From assembly GCA_965226495.1 (NCBI GenBank), contig OZ245365.1, forward strand, positions 4,704,001 to 4,768,000: DNA of 64,000 nt, written 5' to 3'. Position numbers and translations under genes: made by a program. Source of the stretch: Candidatus Marinacidobacterales bacterium. GTDB taxonomy: Bacteria; Acidobacteriota; Vicinamibacteria; Marinacidobacterales; DATDRI01. Shown in pieces: positions 54,969 through 64,000 of the stretch. Below the pieces are notes generated by a model. That model made no database searches. It worked only from the letters and a program-made list of their open reading frames with translations, and was not told the DNA's origin. Numbering within the stretch: the stretch's first letter is position 1; each line of letters opens with the position of its first letter.

Positions 54969-55805
54969 ATGAGTCTCGCCGATATAGACAAAATCGTCCG
55001 CAAAGGCTCCGTCGAGGACGAGCTCGTCCACCGCATCGATTTCGAGCGTCTGCCCGCCCACATCGCCATCATCATGGATGGCAACGGTCGTTGGGCTCAA
55101 GGACGCAGCCTTCCCCGCGTGGAAGGCCACCGTGCGGGTATCGCGTCGGTGCGAGAAGCCGTGGAAACTTGCGCGCGGATGGATATTCAAGTCCTGACCC
55201 TCTATGCATTTTCTCAAGAGAATTGGAAACGCCCCAAGAGAGAAGTCGACACGCTGATGAAGCTACTGAAGCGTTATCTAGGGCTCGAGCTTTCCTCTCT
55301 CGAGAAAAACAACATTCGCTTCCAAGTGATCGGACGGCTCAACGAGCTCCCGGACGACGTCGTGTCGGTGCTCGAGACGGGAATGGAAAGGACACACGAC
55401 AACACGGGTCTCGTGTTTAACATCGCTCTCAACTACGGGGGGCGAGCGGAGATCGTGGACGCCTGTCGCTCGCTGATCCGCGAAGCGTTGGAGGAACACT
55501 CACGTTCCGACACGTCGCTCGACCCATCCATCAACCCATCTATCAACGTTGACGAGCAAATGCTTTCGGAGCACATGTACACCGCCGGCATGCCGGACCC
55601 GGATCTGTTGATCCGAACGAGTGGCGAGCTACGGGTATCCAACTTTCTGCTCTGGCAGATCGCCTACGCCGAAATCTGGGTTACCGATACCTTATGGCCC
55701 GACTTCCGGAAGAGGGACCTCTTCGAAGCCGTCATTGATTTCCAGAAACGCGATCGTCGCTATGGCGGACTACACGTCCTGTCTCCTAAACGAAGCTACG
55801 CCTGA
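54969..55805 (+). CDS. uppS: Undecaprenyl diphosphate synthase
   Basis: IMDGNGRWA, FSQENWKRP, RTSGELRVSNFLLWQ. Confidence 0.96.
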   Translation: MSLADIDKIVRKGSVEDELVHRIDFERLPAHIAIIMDGNGRWAQGRSLPRVEGHRAGIASVREAVETCARMDIQVLTLYAFSQENWKRPKREVDTLMKLLKRYLGLELSSLEKNNIRFQVIGRLNELPDDVVSVLETGMERTHDNTGLVFNIALNYGGRAEIVDACRSLIREALEEHSRSDTSLDPSINPSINVDEQMLSEHMYTAGMPDPDLLIRTSGELRVSNFLLWQIAYAEIWVTDTLWPDFRKRDLFEAVIDFQKRDRRYGGLHVLSPKRSYA

Positions 55806-55808
55806 CGA

Positions 55809-56612
55809 ATGAGCCGGGTTGTCACCGCGCTCGTTCTCATACCTCCTCTTGTCGCCATCATTCTCCTTGCACCCGCATGGGGACTTCTCTTGCTCGCCGA
55901 GGTCGTAGGTTTACTCGGCGTGCGCGAGCTCTTCGAGATGGCGGGAAAAAGCGGTTACCGAGTGTTTCGTGCTCCGGCATACCTCGCAACCCTTTTGCTC
56001 GTCGCAGCTTTCTATCCACAATCGCCAAGACCGGTTTGGGTCGTCATGGGGCTGGTGATCGCGGTGGGGCTGGCCGCCATTTGGCGCGGAGCTCCAAAAC
56101 GCGAGACGACCACGGAGGTGGCAATCACCATCCTCGGGCCGTTGTACGCCGGGCTACTGCTCGGAACCGTCGTCGGCTTGAGGCTGGCACCACCAGAGCC
56201 GGTGGGTCGGCACTGGGTAGTGTTCCTCCTCATCGTCATCATGTTGGGCGATACCGGCGCCTATTATGTTGGACGGTCGCTGGGGAAGAGGCGACTCGCA
56301 CCGGCGCTCAGCCCGAAAAAGACCGTCGAGGGTCTAATCGGCGGGCTGACTGCCTCGGTCGCCGCGGCGCTCGTCGCCGGCCGCCTGCTGCTTCCCCACA
56401 TCGGACTTCTCCACGCGGCACTCCTGGGAGCCGTCCTGGCGCTGCTGGGAGTGGGCGGGGATCTCTTCCAGTCGCTTTTGAAGCGAGGCGCTGGGGTCAA
56501 GGACTCCGGAAATCTGATGCCCGGGCATGGAGGGGTCCTAGACCGGCTGGACAGCCTCTATTTCAGCGCCCCTGCCCTTCTGGCCTACGTCCGCCTGACG
56601 ACGGGCGTGTGA
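55809..56612 (+). CDS. cdsA: Phosphatidate cytidylyltransferase
   Basis: SPKKTVEG, KDSGNLMPGHGGVLDRLDS. Confidence 0.95.
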   Translation: MSRVVTALVLIPPLVAIILLAPAWGLLLLAEVVGLLGVRELFEMAGKSGYRVFRAPAYLATLLLVAAFYPQSPRPVWVVMGLVIAVGLAAIWRGAPKRETTTEVAITILGPLYAGLLLGTVVGLRLAPPEPVGRHWVVFLLIVIMLGDTGAYYVGRSLGKRRLAPALSPKKTVEGLIGGLTASVAAALVAGRLLLPHIGLLHAALLGAVLALLGVGGDLFQSLLKRGAGVKDSGNLMPGHGGVLDRLDSLYFSAPALLAYVRLTTGV

Positions 56613-56776
56613 TAGACCTGTGCGACCTTGCTCGGGCAACTTCTGCCCGTTCAAAAAAGCCCAGGCAAAGAAATGGCGCGTCAGACGCCTGTCCGCTAGA
56701 ATGTTGTCTTGAGAGAGGTTTTCCTGGCCAGCTGGCCCGATCCACGCACCGACAATAATGTAGGAGTCTCTTTTCT

Positions 56777-57931
56777 TTGAAGGGCATCGCTATTCTCGGC
56801 TCCACCGGTTCCATCGGGACCAACACCCTTCGGGTCGTGGAGCGTCTCGCCGATCGGTTTTCGGTGGTAGGACTGGCCGCCGGGACTCGGGTCGATGAGC
56901 TATCCGAGCAGGTCACTCGCTTCCGCCCGAAAATCGTTTCGATCCAGAGCGAGGGCGATGCGGGCACGTTGAAAACTCGTTTCGGTGACGTCGCGGTTGG
57001 CAGCGGGATTCAGGGGATGGTGGATGTCGCCACCCATCCGGAAGTTGATATCGTCGTTTCCGGAACGGTGGGCGCGATTGGTCTGGTGCCGACCCTCCGC
57101 GCTCTCGAGGCCGGCAAAACGGTCGCCCTGGCGAACAAAGAAACGTTAGTCATCGCCGGAGAGATCATGACAAGAGCGCTTGCGAGCTCTGGTGCCAAGC
57201 TGCTCCCGGTGGACAGCGAACACAACGCGATCCATCAATGCCTAGCCGGACGCGAAGACACCGTGCAGCGCATCTGGCTTACCGCTTCCGGTGGCCCTTT
57301 CCGGCGCGCGAATCGCGAAGAGATGCGGCGAGCCCGTCCCGCGGATGCACTCAAACATCCCACGTGGGAAATGGGACCCAAGATCAGCATCGACTCTGCA
57401 ACAATGATGAACAAGGGATTCGAGGTCATCGAAGCCCGTTGGCTCTTCGGTTTGGCGCCGTCGCAAGTCCGCATCGTCGTGCATCCACAATCAACGATCC
57501 ACTCGATGGTCGAGTTCGAAGACGGATCCCTGCTCGCGCAGCTCGGGGTAACCGACATGAGGTTGCCGATCCAATACGCGCTGACATACCCGGAGCGTTT
57601 GACCAGCGATCTCCCGCCGCTCGATCTGGATCGACCCATGTCGTTGGAGTTCCATCCCCCGGACCTCGAGCGTTTCCCTTGTGTGGGGTTAGCCTACCAG
57701 GCCATCGAGACTGGTGGCACCGCTCCAGCGGTTCTCAATGCTGCCAACGAGATAGCGGTGGCAGCCTACCTCGAAGAGCGCATCGGCTTTCTTCAGATAC
57801 CCGAGATTCTGGGCGAGACCTTGAGCCGCCACGACAGCCAGGACGCGAATGATTTGGACACCGTCTTGGGTGCCGACCAATGGGCACGGGAAGAAGCCCG
57901 ACGACTGGTCGCCGCCCCAACGTTGAGTTAA
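56777..57931 (+). CDS. dxr: 1-deoxy-D-xylulose 5-phosphate reductoisomerase
   Basis: LGSTGSIG, LANKE, PVDSEH, HPTWEMG. Confidence 0.97.
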   Translation: MKGIAILGSTGSIGTNTLRVVERLADRFSVVGLAAGTRVDELSEQVTRFRPKIVSIQSEGDAGTLKTRFGDVAVGSGIQGMVDVATHPEVDIVVSGTVGAIGLVPTLRALEAGKTVALANKETLVIAGEIMTRALASSGAKLLPVDSEHNAIHQCLAGREDTVQRIWLTASGGPFRRANREEMRRARPADALKHPTWEMGPKISIDSATMMNKGFEVIEARWLFGLAPSQVRIVVHPQSTIHSMVEFEDGSLLAQLGVTDMRLPIQYALTYPERLTSDLPPLDLDRPMSLEFHPPDLERFPCVGLAYQAIETGGTAPAVLNAANEIAVAAYLEERIGFLQIPEILGETLSRHDSQDANDLDTVLGADQWAREEARRLVAAPTLS

Positions 57932-57964
57932 GAAAAGCGGCATTAGAGGATTAACACGATGGAA

Positions 57965-58149
57965 GAGCCCTCATCCGTCGCGCAGTCGCCGAAGCTCAAG
58001 GGAACCTGGCCGGGTTTTAGGCCCGAGCGCAGCCTTGAGCCGATGCGAAGTCGCCAGGTCGACGGAGCATCCAGGCTTGGGGATGGGGCCCCAAGCCACT
58101 AACAAAGTTCGAGGTCCGCTCGTGGGGGTGGGGCCCCACGAGCACTAAG
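57965..58149 (+). repeat. Dispersed REP-like element, copy 3 (composite)
   Basis: Contains modules shared with both other copies and two stem-GGGG..CCCC-stem-CACTAA units. Confidence 0.75.
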
Positions 58150-58165
58150 CAATGGAGAAAGCATC

Positions 58166-59479
58166 TTGTTTCTAAGCGCACTAGCGTTCATCTTCGTTCT
58201 CGGGGTCATGATCTTCATTCATGAGCTCGGCCACTTCCTCACCGCCAAGTGGATCGGCGTCAAGGTCCATGTCTTCTCCCTCGGCTTTCCACCCAAGCTC
58301 ATCGGTAGAAAGTGGGGCGACACCGAGTACCGAATCGGCATGCTCCCCCTGGGCGGCTACGTGAAGATGGCCGGAGAAAACCCTGATGAGGTTTCCGGCA
58401 ATAAGGACGAGTTCTACTCGAGGACGAAGCTAGAGAGAATCGCCATCCTGACGATGGGACCGGCGATGAACATCTTTCTCACCGTCTTTCTTTTCACGAT
58501 CCTTTTCATGGTCGGGATCGATCGGCCGGTAGGCCTCGAGGATCCACCGGTAGTCCGCTTCGTCTCCGCGGACTCCCCGGCGATCGCCGCGGGCGTCGAG
58601 CCCGGTGACCGGATCGTAGCTATCGACGGCGAACCGGTCGATAGCTGGATGAAGACCTTAGACACCTTCCACATCAGCCCCAACCAAACTGTGGCCCTCA
58701 CCTTGGAGCGTGCCGGTCACGCCGTCGAAACCGAGCTGGTGATCGAGGCCCGAGGCGAGGAACAGATCGGGTACACCGGGCTGTTTCCGGCGGTTCAACC
58801 GCGCGTCGAAGGGTTGAGTGAAGGCTTCCCGGCCGAGCTCGCCGGTCTCCTCGAGGGTGACCTGATCGTCAAAGTCGACGACAAAACCATCTACAGCAAC
58901 CAAGAGCTCATCGAGGCCATCGGAAAAAAAGAGGGGGCGCCCGTCACGCTCGCGATCCTGCGGAGCGGAACCCTGCAGGAGATAACCGTCACCCCCAAGA
59001 AAGAGGGGGAGCGCTTCCTCATCGGTATCGAGCTTCCCTCCCCGGTGGCGATGCAGCAGATCAGCAATCCCGTCAAGGCGTTCGGCGCCGCAGTGAGCGA
59101 ATCCGCCCGCATTACCAAGCTCACCTTCGTCGTCTTGGGTCGTTTGATTCAGAGGAAGCTCTCGATGCGGCAGATGATGGGCCCCATCGGGATCGCGCGA
59201 GCCTCGGGGCGGGCCGCAAGAAGCGGGGCACGCAACCTCTTCACCCTCATGGCCGTGATCAGCCTTCAGCTCGGTATCTTCAATCTTCTACCAATTCCCG
59301 TCTTGGACGGCGGCCACATTGCGATCATCTTAGTGGAGGGCCTCGCCCGTCGCGACTTTAGTCTGCAAATGAAAGAACGCGTGCTGCAAGTGGGCTTCGT
59401 ACTTTTGTTGCTCTTGATGGTAACGGTCATCTACATCGACCTTAGCAAAATCGAGTCCATCGGCCGCTTCCTCCCTTAG
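58166..59479 (+). CDS. rseP: Site-2 protease RseP
   Basis: HELGH, two PDZ domains, NLLPIPVLDGG. Confidence 0.95.
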   Translation: MFLSALAFIFVLGVMIFIHELGHFLTAKWIGVKVHVFSLGFPPKLIGRKWGDTEYRIGMLPLGGYVKMAGENPDEVSGNKDEFYSRTKLERIAILTMGPAMNIFLTVFLFTILFMVGIDRPVGLEDPPVVRFVSADSPAIAAGVEPGDRIVAIDGEPVDSWMKTLDTFHISPNQTVALTLERAGHAVETELVIEARGEEQIGYTGLFPAVQPRVEGLSEGFPAELAGLLEGDLIVKVDDKTIYSNQELIEAIGKKEGAPVTLAILRSGTLQEITVTPKKEGERFLIGIELPSPVAMQQISNPVKAFGAAVSESARITKLTFVVLGRLIQRKLSMRQMMGPIGIARASGRAARSGARNLFTLMAVISLQLGIFNLLPIPVLDGGHIAIILVEGLARRDFSLQMKERVLQVGFVLLLLLMVTVIYIDLSKIESIGRFLP

Positions 59480-59484
59480 TGCGA

Positions 59485-59552
59485 GTGAACAGTAAACAGT
59501 GAACAGTAATCAGTACTTCCAACTGATCACTGATGACTGCTTACTGACCACT
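59485..59552. repeat. Heptamer-array hairpin, copy 2 (inverted relative to copy 1)
   Basis: GAACAGT AAACAGT GAACAGT AATCAGT ... ACTGATC ACTGATG ACTGCTT ACTGACC. Confidence 0.75.
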
Positions 59553-59589
59553 TCTCGCTCTTCGACCGGCTCGCCCTGAGAAAGGCCCT

Positions 59590-60702
59590 GTGAAGATCGA
59601 AACGATTGAGATCCAAGAACTGAAGCTTGAGCTACTCTTCCCCTTCGAGACCAGCTTTGCTCGTGTCGACTACCAGCACTTCTTGGTCCTGAAAGTCCGG
59701 GTGGACGGGGTCGTCGGCTGGAGCGAATGCGTGGCCGACGAGGCGCCGAGTTATTCTTCCGAGACCATCCGCACCGCCTGGCACGTCATCGAAGATTTCA
59801 TCGCACCGGTGGTCTTCCAACGAGAATTCTCGCACCCGCGTGAGATCGTGTCTTCCCTAGATCTGATTCGGGGACACAATATGGCAAAGGCCGCGGTGGA
59901 GATGGCGTGCTGGGACGCTTACTCCCGCCAACAAGGAGAACCGCTTTCCAAAACGCTGGGAGGCACGAGAGCTGAGATCGAGTCAGGAGTTTCGATCGGA
60001 ATTCAAAAAAGCGTGGGGCAACTGCTGGAGAAGATAGAGACTGAATTAGCCAGTGGCTATCGACGAATTAAGATCAAGGTCAAACCGGGCTGGGATCGCG
60101 ATGTCGTCGCTGCCATCCGGAAGCGATTTCCCGACACTCCCCTTATGATCGATGCGAATTCCGCGTACAGTCTCGACGACATTCCGCTCTTCAAAGATCT
60201 CGACCAGTTCGATCTCATGATGATCGAGCAGCCTCTAGCGTACGACGACATTTGGGACCATGCGAAGCTCCAACGAGAGATACGAACTCCTATTTGTCTC
60301 GACGAGTCAATCCACTCTCCAGAAGACGCCCGGAAGGCGTTCGAAATGGGCGCCTGCCGCATCATTAACATCAAGGCCGGGCGGGTCGGGGGCCTGGTCC
60401 GAGCGAAGGCGATTCACGACGTGGCGGCTTCTCACGGTGCGGCGGTCTGGTGCGGCGGTATGCTGGAAAGTGGAATCGGCCGGGCGCACAACGTCCACCT
60501 TTCCACCCTCGAGAACTTCGCTCTGCCTGGCGACGTGTCCGACAGCAAGCGTTATTTCAAGGAGGAGGTCATCGAGCCGCGGGTGGAAGTCAGATCCGAC
60601 GGCACGATCGCCGTCCCCACCGAGGCCGGCATCGGCTACCGAGTGTTGGAGGATCGCATCCAGCGCCACTCGTTGAGTTCTGCTGTCCTGAAACGGACTT
60701 AA
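59590..60702 (+). CDS. NSAR/OSBS (N-succinylamino acid racemase / o-succinylbenzoate synthase) enolase-superfamily enzyme
   Basis: PFETSF, KIKVKPGWD, DANSAY, IEQP, LDES, WCGGMLESGIGRA. Confidence 0.9.
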   Translation: MKIETIEIQELKLELLFPFETSFARVDYQHFLVLKVRVDGVVGWSECVADEAPSYSSETIRTAWHVIEDFIAPVVFQREFSHPREIVSSLDLIRGHNMAKAAVEMACWDAYSRQQGEPLSKTLGGTRAEIESGVSIGIQKSVGQLLEKIETELASGYRRIKIKVKPGWDRDVVAAIRKRFPDTPLMIDANSAYSLDDIPLFKDLDQFDLMMIEQPLAYDDIWDHAKLQREIRTPICLDESIHSPEDARKAFEMGACRIINIKAGRVGGLVRAKAIHDVAASHGAAVWCGGMLESGIGRAHNVHLSTLENFALPGDVSDSKRYFKEEVIEPRVEVRSDGTIAVPTEAGIGYRVLEDRIQRHSLSSAVLKRT

Positions 60703-60707
60703 AACCC

Positions 60708-61800
60708 TTGCCTAGCTGTCACGCCGCGGTCATACCCGCTCCCGGTGTCGCGCCGGAGACGAGAGAAATCGCGATCCCCGATTTGGTACCAGGAGCGATT
60801 CTCCTGAGAACAATAGCCAGCGAGGTCTGCGGCACCGACGTCCACCTGTATCACGGGCGGTTGGACGGTGTTCCCTATCCCCTCATTCCCGGCCATATCT
60901 CGATCGGGCACGTCGAGGAGATGATCTCCGAAGTGCAAGACGCCGAGGGCAATCTCATCCGCCCCGGCGACACCGTCGTGTTCTATGACGTCATCGGAGC
61001 TTGTGGGGGCCTGCTATGTCTGCTCGGTCGCCGCGACACCGACACGCTGCCCACACCGCAGGGTGTATGGCATCACATTGCCGGGCGACAGGCCGTCTGG
61101 TGGTTGGGCGACCCACATCTATCTCGAGCCGGGAACGAAGACACTCAAGCTGACCGAGGGGCTCTCGGTCGAGGATTACATGGGTGGGGGATGCGGCCTC
61201 CACACCGGCTACCGAGCCGTTGAACGGGCGGACATCGAAATCGGGTCTTCGGTCTTGGTCATGGGCGCGGGACCGGTAGGGCTCTCCGCCACCGCGTTCG
61301 CACGTTTGGCCGGTGCGGGACTGGTTCTGGTCACGGGAGCGCCGGAAGCGCGACTCGAAGCAGCCCGTCACATGGAAGCGAACGCCACGATGGATATCAC
61401 CGGCTCCGAAAAAAAGGACCGGGTCGCATGGTCGCGTGAGCAAACGGAGGGACGGGGTCCCGACGTCGTGATCGAAGCGGCGGGACGACCGGAGGCGGTC
61501 GTCGAAGCGTTCGAGATTGTGCGGGAAGGCGGCACCGTCGTGATCGCAGGACAGTACACGGATGCGGGGGATGCAGTCTTCAATCCTCACCACCACCTGA
61601 ACCGCAAGCAGCTCGATGTGCGGGGCTGCTTCGGGTTCGAGTTCCGGCATTTCTATCGGGCCACGCGCTCGCTCACGACCATCGCCAAACGCTTTCCATG
61701 GCGAGAACTCATCACCCGGGAGTACACACTTGACGAAGCAGCTCAGGCTCTGGAAGACGTGGCAGCGCTCAAGGTTGTCAAGGCTTTGATACGCCCCTGA
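60708..61800 (+). pseudogene. Zn-dependent MDR dehydrogenase/reductase with single frameshift (real or sequencing error)
   Basis: VCGTDVH, PGH; removing one G at 61005-61009 restores CGACYVC-x7-C; GAGPVG. Confidence 0.8.
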
Positions 61801-61829
61801 AGGACCGCCATGCCAAGCCCTATCACGGG

Positions 61830-62636
61830 ATGACCGCCCCGCGCTTTTTGTCTCTGAAGGAGGCGGTCTCCCTCATTCCGAGTGAAGCTTCACTGAGCCT
61901 CGGGGGATTCGATATCGTCCGGGCTCCGATGGCTCTCGTTTTCGAGCTCGTCCGCCAGGGAGGCCGACGGATCGAACTGATCACCGCTCCCAACCCCTTA
62001 GCGATGGACGTCCTCATTGGGGCGAAAGTAGCCTGCAAAGTGACCGCGGGTTTTTCCGGCTTCCAATACCAGCATGGGTTCGCGGTAGGGCCGATGTGGA
62101 AGCAGGCCGTCGAGTCGAACGAGGTCGATTACCGTGAGGTCGACGTTTACGCGATCCTCAGCGGCCTTCGGGCCTCGGCCCTCGGATTGCCGTTCCTTCC
62201 TTTGACCGATATCGATGGCTCCGAACTCACCGACCCCGAGCGATGGACCCGCGTGGAACATCCATTCGATGCGAAGCAGAAAGTGACGGTGACGCGCCCC
62301 ATACGGCCCGACTTCGCACTCATCCACGCCCAAGCGGCGGACCGAACGGGGAACCTTCGCATCGACGACCCGATCGTGGACGAGCTCGTCGCCAAGGCAA
62401 GTACTCGTGTCATTGCGACGGTGGAAACGATCACGGACCAAGTGGAGCGCCCCTCGGTACCTTTCTACCGCGTCGACGCCCTGGTCGAGGCTCCGCGGGG
62501 AGCGTGGCCGTCCGCTTGCCCAGGATACTATCCCGTCGATGAGGAGCACCTTCATCTATATATAGGGATGGCGGAAGGGGGACGCTTCGCCGACTACCGA
62601 CGCCAATTCATCGACCCCAAGGAAGGCACCTCATGA
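61830..62636 (+). CDS. CoA-transferase-fold alpha subunit, AibA-like
   Basis: SLKEAV, GGF..RAPMALV.EL, PNPL, LRASALGLPF, HAQAADRTGN. Confidence 0.85.
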   Translation: MTAPRFLSLKEAVSLIPSEASLSLGGFDIVRAPMALVFELVRQGGRRIELITAPNPLAMDVLIGAKVACKVTAGFSGFQYQHGFAVGPMWKQAVESNEVDYREVDVYAILSGLRASALGLPFLPLTDIDGSELTDPERWTRVEHPFDAKQKVTVTRPIRPDFALIHAQAADRTGNLRIDDPIVDELVAKASTRVIATVETITDQVERPSVPFYRVDALVEAPRGAWPSACPGYYPVDEEHLHLYIGMAEGGRFADYRRQFIDPKEGTS

Positions 62637-63355
62637 GCTTTGCGGTCGACACCATGCTTTCGGCCATGGCTCGTCTCATCCGCAATGGTGACGTGGTAAC
62701 GACCGGCGTCGCCTCCCTTCTCCCGATGCTCGCGGTAGGGTTGGCAAAAGAGACTCATGCTCCCGAGCTCACGTATTTGAACTGCGTCGGCGCGGTGAAC
62801 CCGGAGTGGACCGAGCTCCCCCACACGTCGGTCGAGCCGACGCTCCTCCCGGGTGCCGCGTTCATCCGACTCGACGAAATCTGGGAAATGGCCAACCAAG
62901 GAAGGGTCGACTTGATGTTCTTCGGTGCTTTTCAGATCGATGCCCGAGGCCGCACGAACCTCCACCGTCTTCGGTCGGGGCGCAAACTACCCGGCATAGC
63001 TGGCGCCTCCACGATGCGGAGGAAGGTCAAGTGGCCCGTCTTGTTTACGACGCGCCACGATCGCCGGACCTTCGTGGAAGGCGTCGACGCCGTAACGACT
63101 TCTGCTCGAGGCGACGAAACGACGCAGGTGGTGACGCCGCTCGGAATCTTGTCGCTGGGCGCGATGGAGTCCCGGATCGACTCCCTTCTGGCCGGTCGCA
63201 CTCTGCAGGAGATTCGGGACCGAACGGGCTTCCCGCTCACAACGCTCGAGACCCTCCAAACACTCGCCCCACCGAGTCGGGAAGAAGTCGAGGCTCTCGA
63301 CCGTCTGGACCCGGAAGGCAAGAGGCGAGTCTTCCTCAAAAACGACGGTGAATAG
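62633..63355 (+). CDS. CoA-transferase-fold beta subunit, AibB-like
   Basis: TGVAS, THAPELTYLNCVG, GRVDLMFFGA.QID.RGRTN, PGIAGA. Confidence 0.85.
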   Translation: MSFAVDTMLSAMARLIRNGDVVTTGVASLLPMLAVGLAKETHAPELTYLNCVGAVNPEWTELPHTSVEPTLLPGAAFIRLDEIWEMANQGRVDLMFFGAFQIDARGRTNLHRLRSGRKLPGIAGASTMRRKVKWPVLFTTRHDRRTFVEGVDAVTTSARGDETTQVVTPLGILSLGAMESRIDSLLAGRTLQEIRDRTGFPLTTLETLQTLAPPSREEVEALDRLDPEGKRRVFLKNDGE

Positions 63356-63404
63356 CCTCTCTCGGAGAGGCTCCCCGCACTTCGGGATATAATCCCTCTC
63401 TACG

Positions 63405-64000
63405 ATGAGATACGGTCTCGGCATTTTGCTCAGCGCTTCGCTGGCTGGTGGTTGCGCGTCGCTCGACTACACCGAACTCCGCCCCGACCAGAAGTTCGCT
63501 CGCCTGATGATGCTCGAAGACGAGCGGTCCCTGGGCGCCGGGGAGGTCGTCACCCGACTGAGCGACCCGAGCCATCGGATTAGGCTTCGCGCCGCTCTCG
63601 CCCTCGGCCGGATCGGCTACACGGCGGGAGAACCGCATTTGGTCGCCACGCTGTCGGACTCCGATCCGGACATGCGAGCAGTAGCGGCTTTCTCCTTGGG
63701 ACTTCTCGAAGGACCTCTTTCCGACGAGGCCTTGGCGGCCCTCGAAAATGCCTTGTCCGACGTCGATGCAGAGGTCCGAGGCCGGGCGGCAGAAGCCCTC
63801 GGTCGAAAAGGAACCGACCCGGTAGCCTTTCAGATCGGTGCCGGGCTTCGAGCCCGTCTGCCTCGCGGAACGCCCCCCCGGGAATGGGGTGAGGACATAG
63901 AGCGTTCCCAACCGAAGATGCCTCATCCGGATCTCCGGCTCGGTCTATTTGCACTCGCGCGGAAGAACAATCTCCGATCGGCGTGGAGCATTTTGGCCAC
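63405..64000 (+). CDS. HEAT-repeat lipoprotein (3'-partial)
   Basis: MRYGLGILLSASLAGGC lipobox-like leader; repeats such as LSDPSHRIRLRAALALGRIG; TATAAT upstream; runs off the window. Confidence 0.75.
   Translation, partial: MRYGLGILLSASLAGGCASLDYTELRPDQKFARLMMLEDERSLGAGEVVTRLSDPSHRIRLRAALALGRIGYTAGEPHLVATLSDSDPDMRAVAAFSLGLLEGPLSDEALAALENALSDVDAEVRGRAAEALGRKGTDPVAFQIGAGLRARLPRGTPPREWGEDIERSQPKMPHPDLRLGLFALARKNNLRSAWSILA

Noticed and set aside
59590-60702. menC as part of a menaquinone operon
   Set aside because: No other men genes nearby; motifs fit the NSAR/OSBS subfamily, so the gene symbol is withheld.
1-64000. Selenoprotein UGA read-through candidates
   Set aside because: None of the TGA stops I examined fell at a conserved Cys position with continuing homology; the check was not exhaustive.

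Overview
GC-rich bacterial chromosome segment; gene content and protein style suggest Acidobacteriota, possibly Vicinamibacteria (inference). The backbone is housekeeping: selB, rnr, two tRNA-Leu, tig-clpP-clpX-lon-engB-rho, rpmE-prfA-prmC-murA, lspA-lgt-rluD, pyrR-pyrB-pyrC, pyrE-truA, a double-length uvrA, and uppS-cdsA-dxr-rseP. Two accessory patches interrupt it. The first (8.3-16.7 kb, between the two tRNA-Leu genes) holds an IS-truncated Shedu (DUF4263) nuclease with an unusual N-terminus, an IS481/IS3-like element and several gene fragments. The second (28.8-30.6 kb) holds a broken HEAT-repeat gene. The best leads are: (1) a CoA-transferase-fold pair with Cys at the catalytic Glu position, resembling myxobacterial AibA/AibB decarboxylase, in an operon with an NSAR/OSBS enzyme and a Zn-MDR; (2) two inverted heptamer-array hairpins whose recombination would explain why the GNAT succinyltransferase and NSAR genes lie 26 kb apart; (3) the Shedu domain architecture; (4) a dispersed REP-like repeat family and small genes that the ORF track misses or that have no recognisable family. 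All family assignments come from motif recognition by eye, not database searches.
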